DNA of 64,000 bases, from assembly GCA_965197745.1 (NCBI GenBank), contig CBDANS010000007.1:704001-768000 (forward strand). Direction: 5' to 3'. The stretch is from Opitutales bacterium (GTDB lineage Bacteria; Verrucomicrobiota; Verrucomicrobiia; Opitutales; PNEW01). Made by a program: the position numbers and the translations under genes. The notes under the pieces were generated by a model, which saw only the letters and a program-made list of their open reading frames with translations, was not told where the DNA came from and did no database searches. Below, piece by piece: positions 39,794-48,830 of this stretch. Positions within the stretch are counted from its first letter, which is position 1; every line of letters starts with the position of its first letter.

Positions 39794-39798
39794 GCTTA

Positions 39799-40215
39799 AT
39801 GGCCCGCATATTTCATCGTAAGGATCGGCTCAGCGCGATATCGGAAATTAATATAATGCCATTGCTGGATCTCGCATTTGCCTTGCTCATTATATTTATG
39901 ATCACAGCCCCATTGCTTGAACAAAGTATTGAGTTGAACTTACCGTTTGAAGAACAGAAAACACAAACACCGGTTGAGAAAAAACAGTTCTTGACCATAT
40001 CGATTAACAATGAGGGAGATTACTATTGGGGAGATCGTGAAGTAGATGCGTTAATGCTGGGTGAATTACTTGAAGATGCTTCCGCTCAGACAGATAAACC
40101 GGTCATTAACATACGCGCTGACCAACAGCTTTCATACCAGCAGGTGATCACTGTCATCGATATGGTAAAGCAAAACAATTTAACTGAGATCAGCCTCGAT
40201 ACTCAGGTTAAATGA
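39799..40215 (+). CDS. ExbD/TolR protein
   Basis: SEINIMPLLDLAFALLIIFMITAP, IRAD...Y..V..V. Confidence 0.95.
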   Translation: MARIFHRKDRLSAISEINIMPLLDLAFALLIIFMITAPLLEQSIELNLPFEEQKTQTPVEKKQFLTISINNEGDYYWGDREVDALMLGELLEDASAQTDKPVINIRADQQLSYQQVITVIDMVKQNNLTEISLDTQVK

Positions 40216-40224
40216 AATAGGGAA

Positions 40225-40938
40225 ATGATAATTAATTCTAAAAACGCATTTTACGTTTCAGTGATACTTCATGCCTTATTTTTTCTGGTATTAATCGTGT
40301 GGACATTTCTCAGTTCACTTCGGGCTAAAGAGACCCCCTTTGTTTTTAATATGGTTGCCCCTCCGGTTAATTCATCTTCCCAGGAGAGTATTGATCGCAG
40401 TCAAAGCGAAGAATTCCCCCCCGACCCGAATAGTTCTGAGAGTGAAACATTCCAGCCGGAAATTGAAGAGATTCCGCCTTCTAAATTATCATACAAAGAA
40501 TTTGTTGAGCAGCATGGTGTTCCTGAACGTCAGAAATCGGTTACACCTACCCCAAAAAAAGTAAGGATTGAGGATATAGATACTGAAAATCTGCGGGAGG
40601 AACTGGAAAACGCGCTGGCAAGTGATCGCAGACATGAGGTGAACCTCATGTCACTAGCTGAGCAGGGAGAAATTCAGCGTTATATTTCCGCGCTTAAAAT
40701 GCAGATCAACCATGCCTGGAATAAACCATTACAACTCTCCGGCCGCCAATTTCTCACGACGGTACGCTTTGTCGTATCTCAGGATGGTGAATTATCCGGC
40801 GTTGAGATTACTGATTCGTCTAAAAATGAATTATTCGATAGTTCGGTAGTTGCGGCATTTGATAGAGTAGGGCGTGCCGACCCGCCTCCTGACAATAGTT
40901 ATTACACTTTGATTCTCACTTTTCGCATGATTGAGTAG
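40225..40938 (+). CDS. TolA/TonB family energy transducer
   Basis: SVILHA TM motif, linker, C-terminal Y....I...W..P...GE......SS.N..FD.SV..A. Confidence 0.8.
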   Translation: MIINSKNAFYVSVILHALFFLVLIVWTFLSSLRAKETPFVFNMVAPPVNSSSQESIDRSQSEEFPPDPNSSESETFQPEIEEIPPSKLSYKEFVEQHGVPERQKSVTPTPKKVRIEDIDTENLREELENALASDRRHEVNLMSLAEQGEIQRYISALKMQINHAWNKPLQLSGRQFLTTVRFVVSQDGELSGVEITDSSKNELFDSSVVAAFDRVGRADPPPDNSYYTLILTFRMIE

Positions 40939-40982
40939 TCTTTATGCCGGAGTACTGCTTATGGCTTAACCCTCGCGGGTGA

Positions 40983-41753
40983 TTGATGATTCGTTTGGCC
41001 CAAGTTAAAATATACCCCAACAAGGGTAAGTTAAAAGAAAACCAGTCCTTGTTGATGGGTGTTCTCCAGGGAGTAAGACAATTTAAACCCGATGTTGTTA
41101 TTGCTCCCGAGTGTTTCCTGGACGGTTATGTTTCAACTGAAGAATATGTGACCAAAGAGAATATTAAAGAATACGCAATTGATCCGGAAGTATCTGAATA
41201 CACGAAGGAAATAGCTGGATGGTCAAAAGACAATAATGCATGGTTTATATATGGCTGCTCCAGACTGACACAAGAAGGGGTATGCAATACCGCTCTTATT
41301 TTTAATCGGGAGGGGAAAATAGTGGGTAATTACGATAAAGTTCACTGTCAAATTCATGACCAGAAATACCTGCCGGGACAGAGTATCCCTGTTTTTCAGT
41401 CTGATTTTGGTTTATTCGGCGTATTGATTTGTGCTGATCGGAGATGGCCTGAAGCGGTGCGCTCGATAGCACTGAAAGGCGCGCGAATAATTTTCAATCC
41501 GACCTATGGGGCGCATGATGATTTAAATAAGCATATGATGCAGACACGGTCCTATGAAAGTGAGATCTTCATTGCTTTTACTCATCCCGGACAATCATTG
41601 GTGACCGGCCCTGAAGGAGAAATATTAAAAAATGAAGAATCTGAGAATGCTGAATTTACGATCACCGAGATCGATCTCAGTGATGCTGACTCCGCGCGTC
41701 AAAAAGGCCTTGCTCATTTAAAAGATCGCCGACCGGAGGTATATTTTAAGTGA
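40983..41753 (+). CDS. Carbon-nitrogen hydrolase (nitrilase family)
   Basis: Glu-Lys-Cys triad: APEC, YDKVH, LICADRRWPE. Confidence 0.9.
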   Translation: MMIRLAQVKIYPNKGKLKENQSLLMGVLQGVRQFKPDVVIAPECFLDGYVSTEEYVTKENIKEYAIDPEVSEYTKEIAGWSKDNNAWFIYGCSRLTQEGVCNTALIFNREGKIVGNYDKVHCQIHDQKYLPGQSIPVFQSDFGLFGVLICADRRWPEAVRSIALKGARIIFNPTYGAHDDLNKHMMQTRSYESEIFIAFTHPGQSLVTGPEGEILKNEESENAEFTITEIDLSDADSARQKGLAHLKDRRPEVYFK

Positions 41754-42276
41754 GTAAAAAGGAGAAAAGCAGGTATTTCTTATCCTGGAGGGACGAGGAC
41801 GAAGGCGTTCCTTCTATCTCACTATTGTCATTGCGAGGGAGGTTATCAGCCGACCGCGGCTACCGAGCGCAGCGACATCTTCCATTCCAGGCGAATAGTC
41901 ATTGTGCTTACGGATTCCAGCTTCCGCTCAGATCTTACTTATGAGGGTGCGTATCATGATTTCTAATTATAAGTAGATAATATTATTAAAACATTCCAGC
42001 GACAGCCGAGGATGAGGATGATCGTGGCCGCTTAAAACATGGGTAACTAATTGTACAATGTAGATCGGCAATTGTATTACTTAGTGAAGCCTTGCATGCA
42101 GGGCCTGTAATTATGCAATAGACATCCCCCTGGATTGCTTCGTCGTTTCACTCCTCGCAATGACTATAGAGAGTTAGTGAAAAATGGATACGAATATTAT
42201 TATCCATCACTTGCGTAATGGGCTATTTTATATCGCCCTTACGGGGTTTAGAAGAATCGAGTAAATCATCACTCAA

Positions 42277-42417
42277 TGCCTCCTCGTCTTCAATTGCCCC
42301 AATAACTTAAAATATGTTGTATTAAATCCAGTCAATTTCTCGAATTACCCAACGGTCACGGTCAGCCGTCGCCCCGCAACCGCGGGGCTATGGCTGACAA
42401 GTATCGCATTGCCCTCC
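42277..42417 (+). repeat. Degenerate family A element with a 40 bp module (42362-42401) in its REP loop
   Basis: CGGTCACGG|TCAGCCGTCGCCCCGCAACCGCGGGGCTATGGCTGACAAG|TATCGCATTGCCCTCC. Confidence 0.8.
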
Positions 42418-42532
42418 ATTTGAATAAATTCCCATCGGGAAGTGGAGGTTACTTTAAAATATACTTCTCCCGCTTAAACTCGTATACCCATATCCGCGTC
42501 ACCCTTTTTGCATCATCTGACTGCAATCAACG

Positions 42533-42562
42533 AAAAACCCACAGGATGTACCTGTGGGTTTT
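42533..42562 (-). terminator. Intrinsic terminator of hup (possibly bidirectional)
   Basis: AAAAACCCACAGG-ATGTA-CCTGTGGGTTTT, about 35 bp after the hup stop. Confidence 0.8.
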
Positions 42563-42597
42563 GTTCCCCCTGTTGGTTTTAATTATTGAAAGATTTC

Positions 42598-42873
42598 TTA
42601 AACAGAAGCTTTAAAGGCTGCACCTGGCTTGAATTTAACAGACCTGGATGCTTTTATTTTAATCTTATCTCCGGTTTGAGGATTTATACCGGTTCGAGCA
42701 GATCGTTTAGAAACAGAAAAAGTTCCGAAACCAATTAACTGTACGGATTTCTCCTTTTTTACTCCCTTTTTAATACTATCCAATACAGCGTCAACGGAAC
42801 GTTCGGCTGCAGCTTTGGAAGTATCGCCACCGAGTGATTTTTGGACTTGAGCAACTAACTCAGCTTTATTCAT
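42598..42873 (-). CDS. hup: DNA-binding protein HU
   Basis: MNKAELV, VQLIGFGTF, ARTGINPQTG, KFKPG. Confidence 0.97.
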   Translation of the reverse strand: MNKAELVAQVQKSLGGDTSKAAAERSVDAVLDSIKKGVKKEKSVQLIGFGTFSVSKRSARTGINPQTGDKIKIKASRSVKFKPGAAFKASV

Positions 42874-43156
42874 AGAATGACTCCTTTAAGAATTTATAAG
42901 ATATTCAGAATTGAACGAACAGATATGAATTGGTTTAAAATAAATTGCGTCAATAAAATTCATAACTAATTTTAATATTTTTTTAAATATTTGGATGGGG
43001 CGCTTTCCCTTTGTCCTTGCGATAAGCGGAGCGACCATGTTATTCAGTAGGTTGAATAGCTTGTTGCAGTTTAAGGATGTACTTTACAACTTTTACTTAT
43101 GTGTGCTGATAAATTTTCTTACTGAAACCTAAGACCTAAAACTTCACACAGAAAAT

Positions 43157-44101
43157 CTAAGGATTTTCTTTTTTTTGATTCTTTTTGAAAAAAACCACCG
43201 GCGTATCGTTAGGCTCGAGGGAGAGACCTGACAGATTTTCGACAGTTCGTTTTTTCAAAAGCGCATGACCAATCCAGGACTTGCCATCATAAGCTGCACT
43301 GCATAGTTGTCCGACGACACTTTCCTGATCATACAGATCGCAGGGAAGCGTGGGGGGTATAGGGATCTCACCGTGAATAGAGTAAATTTTACGTTGAACC
43401 TGGCCCATGGAATGTAAGCGCGCCATTACTTCCTGACCAAGGAAGCAGCCTTTGTCGAATGAGATGGTGTCAATCTCCAGGGCCCCTTCCTGGGGTAAGT
43501 CATCTGGCCCTATGTCATTCGGTATAGCGGGGATACATGATTTCAAACGTTCACAGTGAAGATCTTCATCGGAAGCCCAGGACACCGCCTCACTATCGCC
43601 GAACGCTTCAATTTGAGATTTAATGGCTTCAATTTGAGCGATAGGAAGAATGAGATCGTAATTGTCCTGCGTGGAGCGTCTGCCGTGTATAAGGTATTTA
43701 CCGGATAATTCACCAAAAGATCCAGTACTCGGCTCATTAAGTCCGATTTGATGGAGAAAAAATGCGGCATTTTTACCCCAACAGGAGATGGCAGCTACCG
43801 TTGAAGTGAGATCTTCTAACTCCACCTCATCAGCGATTATGTTCTCTTCCAATTTATCGAGAATCGAACGTGCTGGGCAAAAGTAGCTGAATAACAGGTA
43901 TCGGTTTTCGTCAGTCTGGAATATAAAACTATCGGCAATGGTCTTGCCTTTTCGAGTGAGCCAGAGTCCATAGATGACCGGCTGCGGATTTTCCCGTTGC
44001 AGATCATTGCTGAACTGACTTTGTAAAAAAAATGACGCATCCTCACCCGTAACCCTTATCCAGGCAGCTGGTTGATACTGATAGAAAAATGTGATGCTCA
44101 T
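43157..44101 (-). CDS. ygfZ: Folate-binding Fe-S assembly/repair protein YgfZ
   Basis: VTGEDA..FLQSQFSND and the signature KGCFLGQEVMAR. Confidence 0.9.
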   Translation of the reverse strand: MSITFFYQYQPAAWIRVTGEDASFFLQSQFSNDLQRENPQPVIYGLWLTRKGKTIADSFIFQTDENRYLLFSYFCPARSILDKLEENIIADEVELEDLTSTVAAISCWGKNAAFFLHQIGLNEPSTGSFGELSGKYLIHGRRSTQDNYDLILPIAQIEAIKSQIEAFGDSEAVSWASDEDLHCERLKSCIPAIPNDIGPDDLPQEGALEIDTISFDKGCFLGQEVMARLHSMGQVQRKIYSIHGEIPIPPTLPCDLYDQESVVGQLCSAAYDGKSWIGHALLKKRTVENLSGLSLEPNDTPVVFFKKNQKKENP

Positions 44102-44173
44102 CTAAAATAGTCAAAAGGTCAAAAAGTCAAAAAGTCAAAAAGGAATGGGTGGTCATGTATTTAATATAAAAAT

Positions 44174-44268
44174 GGAGGGCCATGCTCCGTCATGGCCGCC
44201 AAAAATAATCGGTGTCTGGCAATAATAATTTCTAACTTTATCTCGGACACAAGGGAGTGCGTCCCTCC
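44174..44268. repeat. Inverted REP-like pair with GGAG outermost
   Basis: GGAGGGCCATGCTCCGTCATGGCCG (44174-44198) and CGGACACAAGGGAGTGCGTCCCTCC (44244-44268). Confidence 0.8.
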
Positions 44269-44391
44269 AGGATAAGTCATTCCGACTTTTGACCTTAGAC
44301 TCCACCCTCACAGGGATTTTATCTTGCCCCGGGCTTGTTAAAGAATCAGGATTGATAGTTTGTCATTATATCAATTTAAGTAATTCAGACG

Positions 44392-45459
44392 ATGCCCCAG
44401 GTAACAGATATAAATGTTGTATCCACGACCCCGCTTCCCTCACCGCAATCATTTGTAAATGAGGTCGCTCGATCTGAGGAGGAAGCGGCATTTGTTGCCG
44501 ATGCCCGCAAAAAGATTCATAAGATTATTTTTGGTGGTGATAAACGACTTCTTGTCATCGTAGGCCCTTGCTCAATACACGATGTGAGTGTAGGGCTGGA
44601 ATATGCCCAACGACTGGCTGAGCTATCAAAAAGAGTTTCCGACCGGATCTATCTTGTTATGCGCGTCTACTTTGAAAAACCACGCACCACGGTTGGGTGG
44701 AAGGGGCTTATTATGGATCCGAAGATAGACGGAACCTGTGATATACCGGCCGGTCTTTTAATAGCGCGCCAATTTCTTCGGGATGTTATCAAATTGGGCA
44801 TGCCGACCGCCACGGAACTTCTCGACCCCATCACACCACAATATATCGCCGACTATATCTGTTGGTCGGCAATCGGTGCCCGTACCGCTGAATCTCAAAC
44901 CCATCGCCAGATGGCATCGGGTTTATCTATGCCCCTGGGCATTAAAAACGGGACAGGAGGCAGTTTGCAAGTAGCAGTCAATGCCATCAAGGCTGCCATC
45001 CATTCACAGACTTTTCTCGGTATTGATCAAAAGGGACAGGCTGCTGCAGTCACGACCCGAGGTAACCCTAACTGTCATATTATATTGCGTGGCAGTCAAA
45101 ATGGGACCAATTACCATCGTCAGGATATTTCGGAGACAGAGAAAATACTTGGCGACAATAAACTGATCCCCGCCATCATGGTTGACGCCAGTCATGATAA
45201 CAGCGGTAAAGATCACACAAAACAACCAGCCGTCATTCACGAGATCGTCGAGCAGATCAACGAGGGGTGCGAAACCATCATCGGCGTCATGTTAGAGAGT
45301 AATCTCAAGGGTGGAAGACAGAATATCCCCGATAAACGTGAAGAAATCATCTATGGGCAGTCTATCACCGACGCTTGTATTGATTGGGAAACAACTGAGG
45401 CGCTCATTCTTGAAACCTATTCTGCCCTGGAAAGTCGGTTTTCACCCGTTGTCTCATAA
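44392..45459 (+). CDS. DAHP synthase class I-alpha (AroF/G/H type)
   Basis: VGPCSIHD, MRVYFEKPRTTVGWKG, AIGARTAESQTHR, VDASHDNS, YGQSITDAC. Confidence 0.96.
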   Translation: MPQVTDINVVSTTPLPSPQSFVNEVARSEEEAAFVADARKKIHKIIFGGDKRLLVIVGPCSIHDVSVGLEYAQRLAELSKRVSDRIYLVMRVYFEKPRTTVGWKGLIMDPKIDGTCDIPAGLLIARQFLRDVIKLGMPTATELLDPITPQYIADYICWSAIGARTAESQTHRQMASGLSMPLGIKNGTGGSLQVAVNAIKAAIHSQTFLGIDQKGQAAAVTTRGNPNCHIILRGSQNGTNYHRQDISETEKILGDNKLIPAIMVDASHDNSGKDHTKQPAVIHEIVEQINEGCETIIGVMLESNLKGGRQNIPDKREEIIYGQSITDACIDWETTEALILETYSALESRFSPVVS

Positions 45460-45493
45460 TATTTTTATCAATCGTTAAAGTATAATATAATAG

Positions 45494-46477
45494 ATGAAAG
45501 AACCCATACGCGTTGGTGTTACTGGAGCCGCCGGACAAATCGGCTATGCTCTCCTCTATAGAATAGCTTCTGGCGCCATGTTTGGACCGGAACAACCCGT
45601 CAGTTTAAATCTTATCGAAATACCACCTGCCATGGATGCCTTGAATGGGGTTGTGATGGAACTGGCAGATTGTGCGTTCCCCCTTCTCAAGGACATTGTA
45701 CCCACTTCAGATCTCGATGAGGGTTTCAAGAATGTCAATTGGTGCCTGCTCGTAGGGAGTGTGCCGCGTAAAGCGGGAATGGAGCGCAAAGACCTGCTGG
45801 GTATTAATGGAAAGATTTTTGTCGGTCAGGGAAATGCCATTGAAAAAAATGCGGCTGGCGATGTCCGCGTGCTCGTCGTGGGCAACCCCTGCAATACCAA
45901 TTGCCTCATTGCCATGAATAATGCGCGCAGCATACCCTCCGATCACTGGTTTGCAATGACGCGTCTCGACGAAAATCGAGCTCGCTACCAGCTCGCCGAC
46001 AAAGCGGGCGTGGCTATCTCATCGGTTAGCAACATGACCATCTGGGGGAATCATTCCGCGACCCAGTACCCGGATTTTTACAATGCGAGAATCAACGGTA
46101 ACAGCGCTTTTGAAGTAATAGATGATGAAAAATGGCTTAAGGATGAATTTATCCCTATCGTGCAGCAGCGCGGAGCAGCCATTATTAAAGCGCGCGGCGC
46201 TTCATCTGCGGCTTCAGCTGCTAACGCCATTGTTGGTACTGTCATGTCGCTTACCACCCAGGGATCCGACGATGACTGGAATAGTGTGGCCGTCTGCTCG
46301 GATGGTAGCTATGGGACCCAATCAGGATTAATTACCTCTTTCCCTGTTCGCAGTGATGGGGATAAGTGGGAAATCGTCCAAGGGTTACCGGTTAATGACT
46401 ACAGTCGCACTAAAATCGACGCTTCCGTGGCTGAATTAGCTGAAGAGCATTCGATGGTTTCTGAATTATTGTCATAA
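45494..46477 (+). CDS. mdh: Malate dehydrogenase
   Basis: [47 protein letters not shown]. Confidence 0.98.
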   Translation: MKEPIRVGVTGAAGQIGYALLYRIASGAMFGPEQPVSLNLIEIPPAMDALNGVVMELADCAFPLLKDIVPTSDLDEGFKNVNWCLLVGSVPRKAGMERKDLLGINGKIFVGQGNAIEKNAAGDVRVLVVGNPCNTNCLIAMNNARSIPSDHWFAMTRLDENRARYQLADKAGVAISSVSNMTIWGNHSATQYPDFYNARINGNSAFEVIDDEKWLKDEFIPIVQQRGAAIIKARGASSAASAANAIVGTVMSLTTQGSDDDWNSVAVCSDGSYGTQSGLITSFPVRSDGDKWEIVQGLPVNDYSRTKIDASVAELAEEHSMVSELLS

Positions 46478-46527
46478 TTCACAACATCGTTAGTCAAAAA
46501 TGGAGAAAATCTAAGGATTTATTTTTT

Positions 46528-46667
46528 GGAGAGCCACATGGTGCCTGTCAGCCATAGCCCCGCGGTTGCCGGTTGCGGGGCGACGGTTGATTGTGGCCGA
46601 CAGGGATATTTAATACCGACGGTGTTAATCCTACTCTATCCGCGGACGCGACGAAGCGCGTCCCTCC
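46528..46667. repeat. Inverted REP-like pair; the left REP carries the hairpin module (46544-46590, with a 7 bp internal duplication)
   Basis: GGAGAGCCACATGGTG|CCTGTCAGCCATAGCCCCGCGGTTGCCGGTTGCGGGGCGACGGTTGA|TTGTGGCCG ... CGGACGCGACGAAGCGCGTCCCTCC. Confidence 0.85.
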
Positions 46668-46725
46668 ATTAAAACGCATCACCGCATTCACGCATTTACG
46701 CGTATACCTTTTGACTAATAGACGG

Positions 46726-47571
46726 TCATCTCCCGAAGAGCATCTTCCCTAACATTTGCCAGATACTCATTCCTCCGCCTTGCTGTTGCTGTTGACCTTG
46801 GCTCTGGCTGCTTCCACTGCTGCTTCCGCTGCCTCCTCCTTGTCCGCTCTGCCCTCCACCACTCGAAGCGCTCTGTGAACTCTGACTGTTGCTCTGGTTC
46901 TGGTTTGAAGAAGAATTATTCTGCATTTGACCCATTTGACCGCCGATCTGCTGGATCTGTTGCTGGCCGGACATCGAGTTGGGTTGACCGGGCATGCCAC
47001 CTATAGGTTGACCCGAATCACTGCTTTGTTCGCCCATGACTTGAGTCCCTAGCGCTCTACTTGAGGGATCCGCCGTAATAATTTGGCCCCCTTCCATGTT
47101 TCGCGAACCTGAAGCTGCACCCATCGCTCCACCATCGATCTCGGCTACCTGCAGTCCCTCCTGATCCATATCGCTACCGCTGCCTCCAAGAGCCTGTTCA
47201 AACATATCATGATTAAATTGCCACACATAGATCTCGCTATTTTGCAGATTGGGGTTTTCGAAGGTTGCCAGATCAACAATGTCCTGGAGTTCAAAGCTTT
47301 TCTGTTCTGCTGTCAGGTAATCTTCAACGGGTCCAAAATAGTAAGTGAGATTTTCGTGACTGTACCTGATATAATAACCCTCCACATCAGGAATGTCACT
47401 GGATACATCAATGCCTGGGTACTTCTCCTGGAATTTATCAATAGATAAACGGCCACTGTCATAGATCGCCTCTATCGGTAAAATGAGAGACTTGCCGAGG
47501 AGTGCCGTTACTCCGGAGAAAATAAAAATTCCAATACCGGCTGCTCTGATTAAATTATATATTAAATCCAT
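46726..47571 (-). CDS. Hypothetical exported protein with Q/G/S-rich tail
   Basis: ATG at 47571 just after the upstream stop; signal-like N-terminus, about 100 aa globular region, low-complexity tail ending MSIWQMLGKMLFGR. Confidence 0.7.
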   Translation of the reverse strand: MDLIYNLIRAAGIGIFIFSGVTALLGKSLILPIEAIYDSGRLSIDKFQEKYPGIDVSSDIPDVEGYYIRYSHENLTYYFGPVEDYLTAEQKSFELQDIVDLATFENPNLQNSEIYVWQFNHDMFEQALGGSGSDMDQEGLQVAEIDGGAMGAASGSRNMEGGQIITADPSSRALGTQVMGEQSSDSGQPIGGMPGQPNSMSGQQQIQQIGGQMGQMQNNSSSNQNQSNSQSSQSASSGGGQSGQGGGSGSSSGSSQSQGQQQQQGGGMSIWQMLGKMLFGR

Positions 47572-47581
47572 CTGATGATTT

Positions 47582-48340
47582 TCAGATATCGGAAGGAATA
47601 GTATCGCCTTCCTCCATACCCAGTGACTGACCCTTATTTTTACCAACCATGGGTTTCTTTGGATTTGTGGCACCGGCATCAGTTTGAATACTTTCGTTGT
47701 CGGTTCCCTCCATTTTGATGATATCAATCATCTCCGAAGGATCGCCCACTGACACTTTTGCCATTACGGGTCTTCCCGATTGGCCCATCTGCCCGGGTCC
47801 GCCTTGCTGGCTTTCTTCATCCGCAGTATTTCCACCCTGCTGTTCCTCCAAGGATTCCTCACCAGTGCCTCCCATACCTTCCTGTTCTTCGGCCTCAGCG
47901 AGCGCTGACTCATCGACTTCTTCCAATTCTCCTCCTAAAGCGCCTTCAGTATCTTCTTCGATCATTTCAGATTCGTCGCCAAATCCTGATCCTTCTTCTC
48001 CTTCCTCACCTTCTTTGCCTTCCTGGTCGCCTTCACCTTGTCCTTCACCTTCGCCTTGCTTTTCACCTTCCCCTTTTTGATGCTTACTGCTTTCTTTACC
48101 TTCGACTCCCTGGTTCTGTTGCTGACGGCCTTCAGTATTCATGGGACCGGGGATACCCATTTGGGGCCTTTTCTGCAGTATTTTCGCTAAAGATGACATC
48201 GGGCTTTTTTCTGGGGGAATTTGTGAGCCGTCAAAAATGTCAGGGTCCGGTGCCGGCACAAACTGCGCCATCGCTAGTCCTGACCAGGAAAAGGCCAAGA
48301 CGATCAATAGTGTTGGCAATTTAAATGTATTTATACGCAT
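47582..48340 (-). CDS. Hypothetical secreted acidic Glu/Gly-rich protein
   Basis: Signal peptide ending AMA-Q, then a mostly low-complexity E/G/Q sequence. Confidence 0.7.
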   Translation of the reverse strand: MRINTFKLPTLLIVLAFSWSGLAMAQFVPAPDPDIFDGSQIPPEKSPMSSLAKILQKRPQMGIPGPMNTEGRQQQNQGVEGKESSKHQKGEGEKQGEGEGQGEGDQEGKEGEEGEEGSGFGDESEMIEEDTEGALGGELEEVDESALAEAEEQEGMGGTGEESLEEQQGGNTADEESQQGGPGQMGQSGRPVMAKVSVGDPSEMIDIIKMEGTDNESIQTDAGATNPKKPMVGKNKGQSLGMEEGDTIPSDI

Positions 48341-48457
48341 CGTTTATGGAATTCCTACTTATTATCTTAGAAAAGAATGAAGGACCATTAGTTCCTCAAT
48401 ATATTAAATATTAAGATTTATCTCACTGGCAAATAATAAGTACGATTCTTCGCTCAC

Positions 48458-48810
48458 ATCTTCGTCTTTGCTTGCCACGGCGTAGTCTCGCGATCGCGAG
48501 ACGAAGACGGGTCTGCCTCCACGTTCTGGTCCTTGGATTGAGATAGCCACATAAGGCACTACCGAGCGAAGTGAGATCTTCCAAAAGCACAAATCAAGAA
48601 AGTATATCGAGTCTTAATATTTTCCTAAAAAATTCCTATATATTGTATGATCATGCTCCTAAGCGGACGCGACGGAGCGCGTCCCTCCAGAAAAGGAAAA
48701 AATGGAGGGCCACGCTCCGTCGTGGCCGCTTGGAAGTTTGAGAAACTGTCTTAGATTTAATACCTATGATTTAGTAATTAAGGTAAAAGAATACACAGAC
48801 CAAGACGAAT
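48458..48810. repeat. Full composite repeat: GACGAA-type end with 41 bp module, segment B with 23 bp module, inverted REP pair (48664-48688 / 48704-48728), family A on the minus strand
   Basis: Each part aligns with copies elsewhere in the window (23710, 27091-27235, 6661-6822). Confidence 0.88.
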
Positions 48811-48830
48811 ATTAAACAAAGCCGTCCTAC

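Noticed and set aside
47572..47727. N-terminal extension of ORF 46726-47727
   Set aside because: It overlaps the upstream gene by about 145 bp; ATG 47571 precedes the signal-like segment and fits operon spacing.
47697..48324. Long antisense ORFs over the acidic protein gene, and other antisense or alternate-frame ORFs inside large genes
   Set aside because: Shadow frames of well-supported genes or low-complexity codons, with no recognisable motifs.
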